Part shown: in pieces, positions 23,601 through 35,345 of the stretch | How positions within the stretch are numbered: the stretch's first letter is position 1 | How the letters are laid out: each line of letters begins with the position of its first letter | NCBI GenBank assembly: GCA_964016885.1 | Contig: OZ024742.1 | Span: forward strand, 185,194,001 to 185,258,000 | Source of the DNA: Eledone cirrhosa | Lineage: Eukaryota | DNA length: 64,000 bases | Direction of reading: 5' to 3' | The notes under the pieces: generated by a model | Database searches by the model: none | What the model was told of the DNA's origin: nothing | The model's input: only the letters and a program-made list of their open reading frames with translations | Program-made: the position numbers and the translations under genes

Positions 23601-24815
23601 TTTAAGTTGAGGTTAAGTTAAGTTGTGGTTAAGTTAAGTTGTGGTTAAGTTAAGTTGGGGTTAAGTTAAGTTGGGGTTCAGTTAAGTTGGGGTTACGTTA
23701 AGTAGGGGTTAAGTTGGGGTTAAATTAAGTTGGGGTTAAGTTAAGTTGGGGTTAAGTTAAGTTGGGGTTAAGTTAAGTTGGGGTTAAGTTAAGTTGGGGT
23801 TAAGTTAAGTTGGGGTTGAGTTAAGTTGGGGTTAAGTTAAGTCGGGGTTAAGTTAAGTTGGGGTTAAGTTAAGTTGGGGTTAAGTTAAGTTGGGGTTGAG
23901 TTAAGTTGGGGTTAAGTTAAGTTGGGTTTAACTTAAGTTGGGGTTAAGTTAAGTTGGGGTTAAGTTAAGGTGGGGTTAAGTTAAGTTGGGGTTAAGTTAA
24001 GTCGGGGTTAAGTTAAGTTGGGGTTAAGTTAAGTTGGGGTTAAGTTAAGTTGGGGTTAAGATAAGTTGGGGTTAAGTTAAGTTGGGGTTGAGTTAAGTTG
24101 GGGTTAAGTTAAGTTGGCGTTCAGTTAAGTTGCGGTTAAGTTAAGATGGTGTTAACTTAAGTCGGGGTTAAGTTAAGTTGGGGTTAAGTTAAGTTGGGGT
24201 CAAGTTAAGTTGGGGTTAAGTTAAGTTGGGGTTAAGTTAAGTTGGGGTTAAGTTAAGTCGGGGTTAAGTTAAGTTGGGGTTAAGTTAAGTTGGGGTTAAG
24301 TTAAGTTGGGGTCAAGTTAAGTTGGGGTTAAGTTAAGTTGGGGTTAAGTTAAGTTGGGGTTAAGTTAAGTCGCGGTTAAGTTAAGTTGGGGTTAAGTTAA
24401 GATGGGGTTAAGTTAAGTTGTGGTTAAGTTAAGTTGGGGTTAAGATAAGTTGGGGTTAAGTTAAGTTGCGGTTGAGTTAAGTTGGGGTTGAGTTAATTGG
24501 GGTTAAGATAAGTTGGGGTTAAGTTAAGTTGCGGTTGAGTTAAGTTGGGGTTGAGTTAATTGGGGTTAAGTTAAGTTGGGGTTAACTTAAGTTGGGTTTA
24601 AGTTAAGTTGGGGTTAAGTTAAGTTGGGGTTAAATTAAGTTGGGGTTATGATAAGTTGGGGTTAAGTTAAGTCGGGGTTAAGTTATGTCGGGGTTAAGTT
24701 AAGTTGGTGTTAAGTTAACTTGGTGTTAAGTTAAGTTGGGGTTCAGTTAAGTTGGGGTTGAGTTAAGTTGGGGGTCAAGTTAAGTTGGGGTTAAGCTAAG
24801 TTGGGGTTAAGTTAA
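17615..24815 (+). repeat. Higher-order repeat B, copy 3 (~7.2 kb)
   Basis: Same ordered marker series (17616, 18241, 21564, 23330, CGTTAAGTAG at 23696). Collinearity with copies 1 and 2 ends near 24815. Confidence 0.9.
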
Positions 24816-24858
24816 GTTGGCGTTAAGTTAAGTTGGGGTTAATTTAAGTTTTGGTTAA

Positions 24859-27800
24859 GTTAAGTTGGGACTGAGTTAGGTTGGGGTCAAGTTAAGTTGG
24901 GGTTGAGTTAAGTTGGGGTTGAGTTAATTTGGGGTTAAGTTAAGTTGGGGTTAACTTAAGTTGGGGTTCAGTTAAGTTGGCGTTCAGTTAAGTTGCGGTG
25001 AAGTTAAGTTGGGGTTAACTTAAGTCGGGGTTAAGTTAAGTTGGGGTTAATTTAAGTTGGGGTCAAGTTAAGTTGGGGTTAAGTTAAGTTGGGGTTAAGT
25101 TAAGTTGGGGTTAAGTTAAGTTGCGGTTAAGTTAAGTTGGGGTCAAGTTAAGTTGGGGTTAAGTTAAGTTGGGGTTAAGTTAAGTCGCGGTTAAGTTAAG
25201 TTGGGGTTAAGTTAAGATGGGGTTAAGTTAAGTTGGGGTTAAGTTAAGTTGGGGTTAAGATAAGTTGGGGTTAAGTTAAGTTGGGGTTGAGTTAAGTTGG
25301 GGTTGAGTTAATTGGGGTTAAGTTAAGTTGGGGTTAACTTAAGTTGGGTTTAAGTTAAGTTGGGGTTAAGTTAAGTTGGGGTTAAATTAAGTTGGGGTTA
25401 AGATAAGTTGGGGTTAAGTTAAGTCGGGGTTAAGTTAAGTCGGGGTTAAGTTAAGTTGGGGTTAAGTTAACTTGCTGTTAAGTTAAGTTGGGGCTAAGTT
25501 AAGTTGGGGTTGAGTTAAGTTGGGGTCAAGTTAAGTTGGGACTAAGCTAAGTTGGGGTTAAGTTAAGTTGCGGTTAACTTAAGTTGGCGCTAAGTTAAGT
25601 GAAGGTTAAGTTAAGTTGGGGTTGAGTTAAGTTGGGGTTAAGTTAAGTTGGGGTTGAGTTAAGTTGGGGTTGAGTTAAGTTGGGGTTGAGTTAAGTTGGG
25701 GTTACGTTAAGTTGGGGTTAAGTTAAGTTGGGGTTAAGTTAAGTTAGGGTTAACTTAAGTTGGGGTTAATTTAAGTTGGGGTTGAGTTAAGTTGGGGTTT
25801 AATTAAGTTGGGGTTGAGTTAAGTTGGGGTTGAGTTAAGTTGGGCTTGAGTTAAGTTGGGGTTGAGTTAAGTTGGGCTTATCTTAAGTTGGGGTTAATTT
25901 AAGATGGGGTTAAGTTAAGTTGGGGTTAAGTTAATTTGGGGTTAAGTTAAGTTGGGGTTAAGTTAAGTTGGGGTTATGTTAAGTTGGGGTTAAGTTAAGT
26001 TGAGGTTAACTTAAGTTGGGGTTAAGTTAAGTTGGGGTTAAGTTAAGTTGGGGCTTAGTTAAGTTGGGGCTAAGTTAAGTTGGGGTTAAGTTAAGTTGGG
26101 GTTAAGTTAAGTTGGGGTTAAGTTAAGTTGGGGTTAAGATAAGTTGGGGTTAAGTTAAGTTGGGGTTGAGTTAAGTTGGGGTTGAGTTAATTTGGGGTTA
26201 AGTTAAGTTGGGGTTAACTTAAGTTGGGGTTCAGTTAAGTTGGCGTTCAGTTAAGTTGCGGTGAAGTTAAGTTGGGGTTAACTTAAGTCGGGGTTAAGTT
26301 AAGTTGGGGTTAAGTTAAGTTGGGGTGAAGTTAAGTTGGGGTTAAGTTAAGTTGGGGTTATGTTAAGTTGGCGTTCAGTTAAGTTGCGGTGAAGTTAAGT
26401 TGGGGTTAACTTAAGTCGGGGTTAAGTTAAGTTGGAGTTAAGTTAAGTAGGGGTCAAGTTAAGTTGGGGTTAAGTTAAGTTGGGGTTATGTTAAGTTGGG
26501 GTTAAGTTAAGTTGGGGTTAAGTTAAGTCGGGGTTAAGTTAAGTTGGGGTTAAGTTAATTGGGGGTAAGTTAAGTTTGGGTTAAGTTGGGGTTAAGTTAA
26601 GTTAGGGTTAAGTTACGTTGGGGTTGAGTTAAGTTGGGGTTAATTTAAATTGGGGTTAAGTTAACTTTGTGGTTAAGTTAAGTTGGGGTTAAGTTAAGTT
26701 GAGGTTAAGTTAATTTGAGGTTAAGTTAAGTTGGGGTTAAGTTAAGTTGGGGTTAAATTAAGCTGGGTTGAAGTTAAGTTGGGGTTAAGTTAAGTTGGGG
26801 TTAAGTTAAGTTGGGGTCAAGTTAAGTTGGGGTTAAGTTAAGTTAAGCTTGGGTTAAATTAAGTTGGGGTTGAGTTAATTTGGGGTTGAGTTAAGTTGGG
26901 GTTGAGTTAAGTTGGGGTTGAGTTAAGTTGGGGTTAAGTTAAGTTGGGGTTAACTTAAGTTGGGGTTAAGTTAAGTTGGGGTCAATTTAAGTTGAGGTTA
27001 AGTTAACTTGGGATTAAGTTAAGTTGGGGTTAACTTAAATTGAGGTTAAGTTAAGTTGGGGTTAAGTTAAGTTGGGGGTAAGTTAAGTTGGGGGTAAGTT
27101 AAGTTTGGGTTAAGTTGGGGTTAAGTTAAGTTAGGGTTAAGTTACGTTGGGGTTGAGTTAAATTGGGGTTAATTTAAATTGGGGTTAAGTTAACTTTGTG
27201 GTTAAGTTAAGTTGGGGTTAAGTTAAGTTGAGGTTAAGTTAATTTGAGGTTAAGTTAAGTTGGGGTTAAGTTAAGTTGGGGTTAAATTAAGCTGGGTTGA
27301 AGTTAAGTTGGGGTTAAGTTAAGTTGGGGTTAAGTTAAGTTGGGGTTGAGTTAAGTTGGGGTTAAGTTAAGTTGGGTTTAAGTTAAGTTGGGGTTAAGTT
27401 AAGTTGGGGTTAAGTTAAGGTGGGGTTAAGTTAAGTTGGGGTTAAGTTAAGTCGGGGTTAAGTTAAGTTGGGGTTAAGTTAAGTTGGGGTTAAATTAAGT
27501 TGGGGTTAAGTTAAGTTGGGGTTAAGATAAGTTGGGGTTAAGTTAAGTTGGGGTTGAGTTAAGTTGGGGTTGAGTTAATTTGGGGTTAAGTTAAGTTGGG
27601 GTTAACTTAAGTTGGGGTTAAGTTAAGTTGGCGTTCAGTTAAGTTGCGGTTAAGTTAAGTTGGGGTTAACTTAAGTCGGGGTTAAGTTAAGTTGGGGTTA
27701 AGTTAAGTTGGGGTCAGGTTAAGTTGGGGTTAAGTTAAGTTGGGGTTAAGTTAAGTTGGGGTTAAGTTAAGTCGGGGTTAAGTTAAGTTGGGGTTAAGTT

Positions 27801-30800
27801 AAGTTGGGGTTAAGTTAAGTTGGGGTCAAGTTAAGTTGGGGTTAAGTTAAGTTGGGGTTAAGTTAAGTTGGGGTTAAGTTAAGTCGCGGTTAGTTAAGTT
27901 GGGGTTAAGTTAAGATGGGGTTAAGTTAAGTTGTGGTTAAGTTAAGTTGGGGTTAAGATAAGTTGGGGTTAACTTAAGTTGCGGTTGAGTTAAGTTAGGG
28001 TTGAGTTAATTGGGGTTAAGTTAAGTTGGGGCTAAGTTAAGTTGGGGCTAAGTTAAGTTGGGGCTAAGTTAAGTTGGGGTTAAGTTAAGGTGGGGTTTAG
28101 TTAAGTTGGGGTTGAGTTAAGTTGGGGTTGAGTTAAGTTGGGGTTAAGTTAAGTTGGGGTTAAGTTAAGTTAGGGTTAACTTAAGTTGGGGTTAAGTTAA
28201 GTTTAGGTTAACTTAAGTTGGGGTTAAGTTAAGTTGGGGTTAAGTTAAGTTGGGGCTAAGTTAAGTTGGGGCTAAGTTAAGTTGGGGCTAAGTTAAGTTG
28301 GGGTTAAGTTAAGGTGGGGTTTAGTTAAGTTGGGGTTGAGTTAAGTTGGGGTTGAGTTAAGTTAGGGTTAAGTTAAGTTGGGGTTAAGTTAAGTTAGGGT
28401 TAACTTAAGTTGGGGTTAAGTTAAGTTGGGGTTTAATTAAGTTGGGGTTGAGTTAAGTTGGGGTTGAGTTAAGTTGGGCTTGAGTTAAGTTGGGGTTGAG
28501 TTAAGTTGGGCTTATCTTAAGTTGGGGTTAATTTAAGATGGGGTTAAGTTAAGTTGGGGTTAAGTTAATTTGGGGTTAAGTTAAGTTGGGGTTAAGTTAA
28601 GTTGGGGTTATGTTAAGTTGGGGTTAAGTTAAGTTGAGGTTAACTTAAGTTGGGGTTAAGTTAAGTTGGGGCTAAGTTAAGTTGGGGCTAAGTTAAGTTG
28701 GGGTTAAGTTAAGTTGGGGTTAAGTTAAGTTGGGGTCAACTTAAGTTGGGGCTAAGTTAAGTTGGGGTTAAGTTAAGTTGGGGCTAAGTTAAGTTGGAGT
28801 TAAGTTAAGTTGGGGTTAAATTAAGTTGGGGTCAACGTAAGTTGGGGTTAAGTTAAGTTGGGGTTAAGTTAATTTGGGGGTAAGTTAAGTTGGGGTTAAG
28901 TTAAGTTGATGTTAAGTTAAGTTGGGGTTAAGTTAAGTTGGGGCTGAGTTAAATTGGGGCTGTGTTAAGTTGGGGTTAAGTTAAGTTGGGGTTAAGTTAA
29001 GTTGGGGTTAAGTTAAGTTGGGGTTAAGTTGGGGTTAAATTAAGTTGGGGTTAATTTAAGTTGGGGTTAAGTTAAGTTGGGTTTAGGTTAAGTTGGGGTT
29101 GAGTTAAGTTGGGGTTAAGTTAAGTTGGGGTTAATTTAAGTTGGGGTTAAGTTAAGTTGGGGCTGAGTTAAGTTGGGGTTAAGTTAAGTTGGGGTTGAGT
29201 TAAGTTGGGGTTAAGTTAAGTTGGGGTTAAGTTAAGTCGGGGTTAAGTTAAGTTGGGGTTAAGTTAAGTTGGGGTTAAGTTAAGTTGGGGTTAAGTTAAG
29301 TTGGGGTTAAGTTAAGTTGGGGTTAAGATAAGTTGGGGTTAAGTTAAGTTGGGGTTGAGTTAAGTTGGGGTTGAGTTAATTTGGGGTTAAGTTAAGTTGG
29401 GGTTAAGTTAAGTTGGGGTTAAGTTAAGTTGGGGTTAAGTTAAGTTGGGGTTAAGATAAGTTGGGGTTAAGTTAAGTTGGGGTTGAGTTAAGTTGGGGTT
29501 GAGTTAAGTTGGGGTTAAGTTAAGTTGGGGTTAATTTAAGTTGGGGTTAAGTTAAGTTGGGGCTGAGTTAAGTTGGGGTTAAGTTAAGTTGGGGTTGAGT
29601 TAAGTTGGGGTTAAGTTAAGTTGGGGTTAAGTTAAGTCGGGGTTAAGTTAAGTTGGGGTTAAGTTAAGTTGGGGTTAAGTTAAGTTGGGGTTAAGTTAAG
29701 TTGGGGTTAAGTTAAGTTGGGGTTAACTTAAGTCGGGGTTAAGTTAAGTTGGGGTTAAGTTAAGTTGGGGTCAAGTTAAGTTGGGGTTAAGTTGGGGTTA
29801 TGTTAAGTTGGGGTTAAGTTAAGTTGGGGTTAAGTTAAGTCGGGGTTAAGTTAAGTTGGGGTTAAGTTAAGTTGGGGTTAAGTTAAGTTGGGGTCAAGTT
29901 AAGTTGGGGTTAAGTTAAGTTGGGGTTAAGTTAAGTCGCGGTTAAGTTAAGTTGGGGTTAAGTTAAGATGGGGTTAAGTTAAGTTGGGGTTAAGTTAAGT
30001 TGGGGTTAAGATAAGTTGGGGTTAAGTTAAGTTGGGGTTGAGTTAAGTTGGGGTTGAGTTAATTGGAGTTAAGTTAAGTTGGGGTTAACTTAAGTTGGGT
30101 TTAAGTTAAGTTGGGGTTAAGTTAAGTTGGGGTTAAATTAAGTTGGGGTTAAGATAAGTTGGGGTTAAGTTAAGTTGGGGTTAAGTTAAGTCGGGGTTAA
30201 GTTAAGTTGGGGTTAAGTTAACTTGGTGTTAAGTTAAGTTGGGGCTCAGTTAAGTTGGGGTTGAGTTAAGTTGGGGTCAATTTAAGTTGGGACTAAGCTA
30301 AGTTGGGGTTAAGTTAAGTTGGGGTTAAGTTAAGTTGGCGCTAAGTTTAGTGAAGGTTAAGTTAAGTTGGGGTTGAGTTAAGTTGGGGTTAAGTTAAGTT
30401 GGGGTTAAGTTAAGTTAGGGTTAAGTTAAGCTTGGGTTAAGTTAAGTTGGGGTTGAGTTAATTTGGGGTTGAGTTAAGTTGGGGTTGAGTTAAGTTGGGG
30501 TTGAGTTAAGTTGGGGTTAAGTTAAGTTGGGGTTAACTTAAGTTGGGGTTAAGTTAAGTTGGGGTCAATTTAAGTTGAGGTTAAGTTAACTTGGGATTAA
30601 GTTAAGTTGGGGTTAACTTAAATTGAGGTTAAGTTAAGTTGGGGTTAAGTTAAGTTGGGGGTAAGTTAAGTTGGGGGTAAGTTAAGTTTGGGTTAAGTTG
30701 GGGTTAAGTTAAGTTAGGGTTAAGTTACGTTGGGGTTGAGTTAAGTTGGGGTTAATTTAAATTGGGGTTAAGTTAACTTTGTGGTTCAGTTAAGTTGGGG

Positions 30801-31330
30801 TTAAGTTAAGTTGGGGCTTATTTAAGTTGGGGTTAAGTTAAGTTGTGGTTAAGTTAAGTTGGGGTTAAGTTAAGTTGGGGTTAAGTTAAGTTGGGGTTAA
30901 GTTAAGTTGGGGTTAAATTAAGCTGGGTTGAAGTTAAGTTGGGGTTAAGTTATGTTGGGGTTAAGTTAAGTTGGGGTTAAGTTAAGTTGGGGTTAAGTTA
31001 AGTCGGGGTTAAGTTAATTTGGGGTTCAGTTAAGTTGGGGTTAAGTTAAGTTGGGGCTTATTTAAGTTGGGGTTAAGTTAAGTTGTGGTTAAGTTAAGTT
31101 GGGGTTAAGTTAAGTCGGGGTTAAGTTAAGTCGGGGTTAAGTTAAGTTGTGGTTAAGTTAAGTTGGGGTTAAGTTAAGTTGGGGTTAAGTTAAGTTAGGG
31201 ATAAGCTAAGTTGGCGTTAAGTTAAGTTGGGGTTAAGTTAAGTTGGGGTTAAGTTAAGTTGTGGTTAAGTTAAGTTGGGGCTGAGTTAAGTTGGGGTCAA
31301 GTTAAGTTGGGGTTGAGTTAAGTTGGGGTT
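24859..31330 (+). repeat. Second copy of the block at 1 to ~6680 (offset 24,858 falling to 24,655)
   Basis: The rare variant GACTGAGTTAGG is at 11 and 24869. CTTATCTTAA is at 1211/25877 and 3856/28511. GCGGTTAGTT is at 3231/27886. Confidence 0.88.
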
Positions 31331-34300
31331 AAGTTAACTTGGGGTTAATTTAAGTTGGGGTTAAGTCAAATTGGGTTTGAGTTAAGTTAGGGTTAAGTTA
31401 AGTTGGGGTTAAGTTAAGTTGGGGTTAAGTTAAGTAGGGGTTAAGTTAAGTTGGGGTTAAATTAAGCTGGGTTTAAGTTAAGTTGGGGTTAAGTTAAGTT
31501 GGGGTTAAGTTAAGTTGGGGTTAAGTTAAGTTGAGGTTAAGTTAAGTTGGGGTTAAATTCAGTTGGGGTTAACTTAAGTTGGGGTTAAGTTAAGTTGGGG
31601 TTAAGTTAAGTTGAGTTTAAGTTAAGTTGGAGTTAATTTAAGTTGAGGTTAAGTTAAGTTGTGGTAAAGTTAAGTTGGGGTTAAGTTAAGTTGGGGTTAA
31701 GTTAAGTTGGGGTTCAGTTAAGTTGGGGTTAAGTTAAGTAGGGGTTCAGTTGGGGTTAAATTAAGTTGGGGTTAAGTTAAGTTGGGGTTAAGTTAAGTTG
31801 GGGTTAAGTTAAGTTGGGGTTAAGTTAAGTTGGGGTTAAGTTAAGTTGGGGTTGAGTTAAGTTGGGGTTAAGTTAAGTCGGGGTTAAGTTAAGTTGGGGT
31901 TAAGTTAAGTTGGGGTTAAGTTAAGTTGGGGTTAAGTTAAGTTGGGGTTGAGTTAAGTTGGGGTTAAGTTAAGTTGGGTTTAAGTTAAGTTGGGGTTAAG
32001 TTAAGTTGGGGTTAAGTTAAGGTGGGGTTAAGTTAAGTTGGGGTTAAGTTAAGTCGGGGTTAAGTTAAGTTGGGGTTAAGTTAAGTTGGGGTTAAGTTAA
32101 GTTGGGGTTAAGTTAAGTTCGGGTTAAGATAAGTTGGGGTTAAGTTAAGTTGGGGTTGAGTTAAGTTGGGGTTGAGTTAATTTGGGGTTAAGTTAAGTTG
32201 GGGTTAACTTAAGTTGGGGTTAAGTTAAGTTGGGGTTAAGTTAAGTTGGGGTTAAATTAAGTTGGGGTTATGATAAGTTGGGGTTAAGTTAAGTCGGGGT
32301 TAAGTTATGTCGGGGTTAAGTTAAGTTGGGGTTAAGTTAACTTGGTGTTAAGTTAAGTTGGGGTTCAGTTAAGTTGGGGTTGAGTTAAGTTGGGGGTCAA
32401 GTTAAGTTGGGGTTAAGCTAAGTTGGGGTTAAGTTAAGTTGGGGTTAAGTTAAGTTGGGGTTAATTTAAGTTTTGGTTAAGTTAAGTTGGGGTTAACTTA
32501 AGTTGGGGTTAAGTTAAGTTGGCGTTCAGTTAAGTTGCGGTTAAGTTAAGTTGGGGTTAACTTAAGTCGGGGTTAAGTTAAGTTGGGGTTGAGTTAAGTT
32601 GGGGTCAAGTTAAGTTGGGGTTAAGTTAAGTTGGGGTTGAGTTAAGTTGGGGTTAAGTTAAGTCGGGGTTAAGTTAAGTTGGGGTTAAGTTAAGTTGGGG
32701 TTAAGTTAAGTTGGGGTCAAGTTAAGTTGGGGTTAAGTTAAGTTGGGGTTAAGTTAAGTTGGGGTTAAGTTAAGTCGCGGTTAGTTAAGTTGGGGTTAAG
32801 TTAAGATGGGGTTAAGTTAAGTTGTGGTTAAGTTAAGTTGGGGTTAAGCTAAGTTGGGGTTAAGTTAAGTTGCGGTTGAGTTAAGTTAGGTTTGAGTTAA
32901 TTGGGGTTAAGTTAAGTTGGGGCTAAGTTAAGTTGGGGCTAAGTTAAGTTGGGGCTAAGTTAAGTTGGGGTTAAGTTAAGGTGGGGTTTAGTTAAGTTGG
33001 GGTTGAGTTAAGTTGGGGTTGAGTTAAGTTGGGGTTAAGTTAAGTTGGGGTTAAGTTAAGTTAGGGTTAACTTAAGTTGGGGTTAAGTTAAGTTTAGGTT
33101 AACTTAAGTTGGGGTTAAGTTAAGTTGGGGTTAAGTTAAGTTGGGGCTAAGTTAAGTTGGGGCTAAGTTAAGTTGGGGCTAAGTTAAGTTGGGGTTAAGT
33201 TAAGGTGGGGTTTAGTTAAGTTGGGGTTGAGTTAAGTTGGGGTTGAGTTAAGTTAGGGTTAAGTTAAGTTGGGGTTAAGTTAAGTTAGGGTTAACTTAAG
33301 TTGGGGTTAAGTTAAGTTGGGGTTGAGTTAAGTTGGGGTTTAATTAAGTTGGGGTTGAGTTAAGTTGGGGTTGAGTTAAGTTGGGCTTGAGTTAAGTTGG
33401 GGTTGAGTTAAGTTGGGCTTATCTTAAGTTGGGGTTAATTTAAGATGGGGTTAAGTTAAGTTGGGGTTAAGTTAATTTGGGGTTAAGTTAAGTTGGGGTT
33501 AAGTTAAGTTGGGGTTATGTTAAGTTGGGGTTAAGTTAAGTTGAGGTTAACTTAAGTTGGGGTTAAGTTAAGTTGGGGTTAAGTTAAGTTGGGGCTAAGT
33601 TAAGTTGGGGCTAAGTTAAGTTGGGGTTAAGTTAAGTTGGGGTTAAGTTAAGTTGGGGTCAACTTAAGTTGGGGCTAAGTTAAGTTGGGGTTAAGTTAAG
33701 TTGGGGCTAAGTTAAGTTGGAGTTAAGTTAAGTTGGGGTTAAATGAAGTTGGGGTCAACGTAAGTTGGGGTTAAGTTAAGTTGGGGTTAAGTTAATTTGG
33801 GGGTAAGTTAAGTTGGGGTTAAGTTAAGTTGGGGTTAAGTTAAGTTGGGGTTAAGTTAAGTTGGGGCTGAGTTAAATTGGGGCTGTGTTAAGTTGGGGTT
33901 AAGTTAAGTTGGGGTTAAGTTAAGTCGGGGTTAAGTTAAGTTGGGGTTAAGTTGGGGTTAAATTAAGTTGGGGTTAATTTAAGTTGGGGTTAAGTTAAGT
34001 TGGGTTTAGGTTAAGTTGGGGTTGAGTTAAGTTGGGGTTAAGTTAAGTTGGGGTTAATTTAAGTTGGGGTTAAGTTAAGTTGGGGCTGAGTTAAGTTGGG
34101 GTTAAGTTAAGTTGGGGTTGAGTTAAGTTGGGGTTAAGTTAAGTTGGAGTTAAGTTAAGTCGGGGTTAAGTTAAGTTGGGGTTAAGTTAAGTTGGGGTTA
34201 AGTTAAGTTGGGGTTAAGTTAAGTTGGGGTTAAGTTAAGTTGGGGTTAAGATAAGTTGGGGTTAAGTTAAGTTGGGGTTGAGTTAAGTTGGGGTTGAGTT

Positions 34301-35345
34301 AATTTGGGGTTAAGTTAAGTTGGGGTTAACTTAAGTTGGGGTTCAGTTAAGTTGGCGTTCAGTTAAGTTGCGGTGAAGTTAAGTTGGGGTTAACTTAAGT
34401 CGGGGTTAAGTTAAGTTGGGGTTAAGTTAAGTTGGGGTCAAGTTAAGTTGGGGTTAAGTTAAGTTGGGGTTATGTTAAGTTGGGGTTAAGTTAAGTTGGG
34501 GTTAAGTTAAGTCGGGGTTAAGTTAAGTTGGGGTTAAGTTAAGTTGGGGATAAGTTAAGTTGGGGTCAAGTTAAGTTGGGGTTAAGTTAAGTTGGGGTTA
34601 AGTTAAGTCGCGGTTAAGTTAAGTTGGGGTTAAGTTAAGATGGGGTTAAGTTAAGTTGGGGTTAAGTTAAGTTGGGGTTAAGTTAAGTTGGGGTTAAGTT
34701 AAGTTGGGGTTGAGTTAAGTTGGGGTTGAGTTAATTGGGGTTAAGTTAAGTTGGGGTTAACTTAAGTTGGGTTTAAGTTAAGTTGGGGTTAAGTTAAGTT
34801 GGGGTTAAATTAAGTTGGGGTTAAGATAAGTTGGGGTTAAGTTAAGTCGGGGTTAAGTTAAGTCGGGGTTAAGTTAAGTTGGGGTTAAGTTAACTTGGTG
34901 TTAAGTTAAGTTGGGGCTCAGTTAAGTTGGGGTTGAGTTAAGTTGGGGTCAATTTAAGTTGGGACTAAGCTAAGTTGGGGTTAAGTTAAGTTGGGGTTAA
35001 GTTAAGTTGGCGCTAAGTTTAGTGAAGGTTAAGTTAAGTTGGGGTTGAGTTAAGTTGGGGTTAAGTTAAGTTGGGGTTAAGTTAAGTTAGGGTTAAGTTA
35101 AGCTTGGGTTAAGTTAAGTTGGGGTTGAGTTAATTTGGGGTTGAGTTAAGTTGGGGTTGAGTTAAGTTGGGGTTGAGTTAAGTTGGGGTTAAGTTAAGTT
35201 GGGGTTAACTTAAGTTGGTGTTAAGTTAAGTTGGGGTCAATTTAAGTTGAGGTTAAGTTAACTTGGGATTAAGTTAAGTTGGGGTTAACTTAAATTGAGG
35301 TTAAGATAAGTTGGGGTTAAGTTAAGTTGGGGGTAAGTTAAGTTG

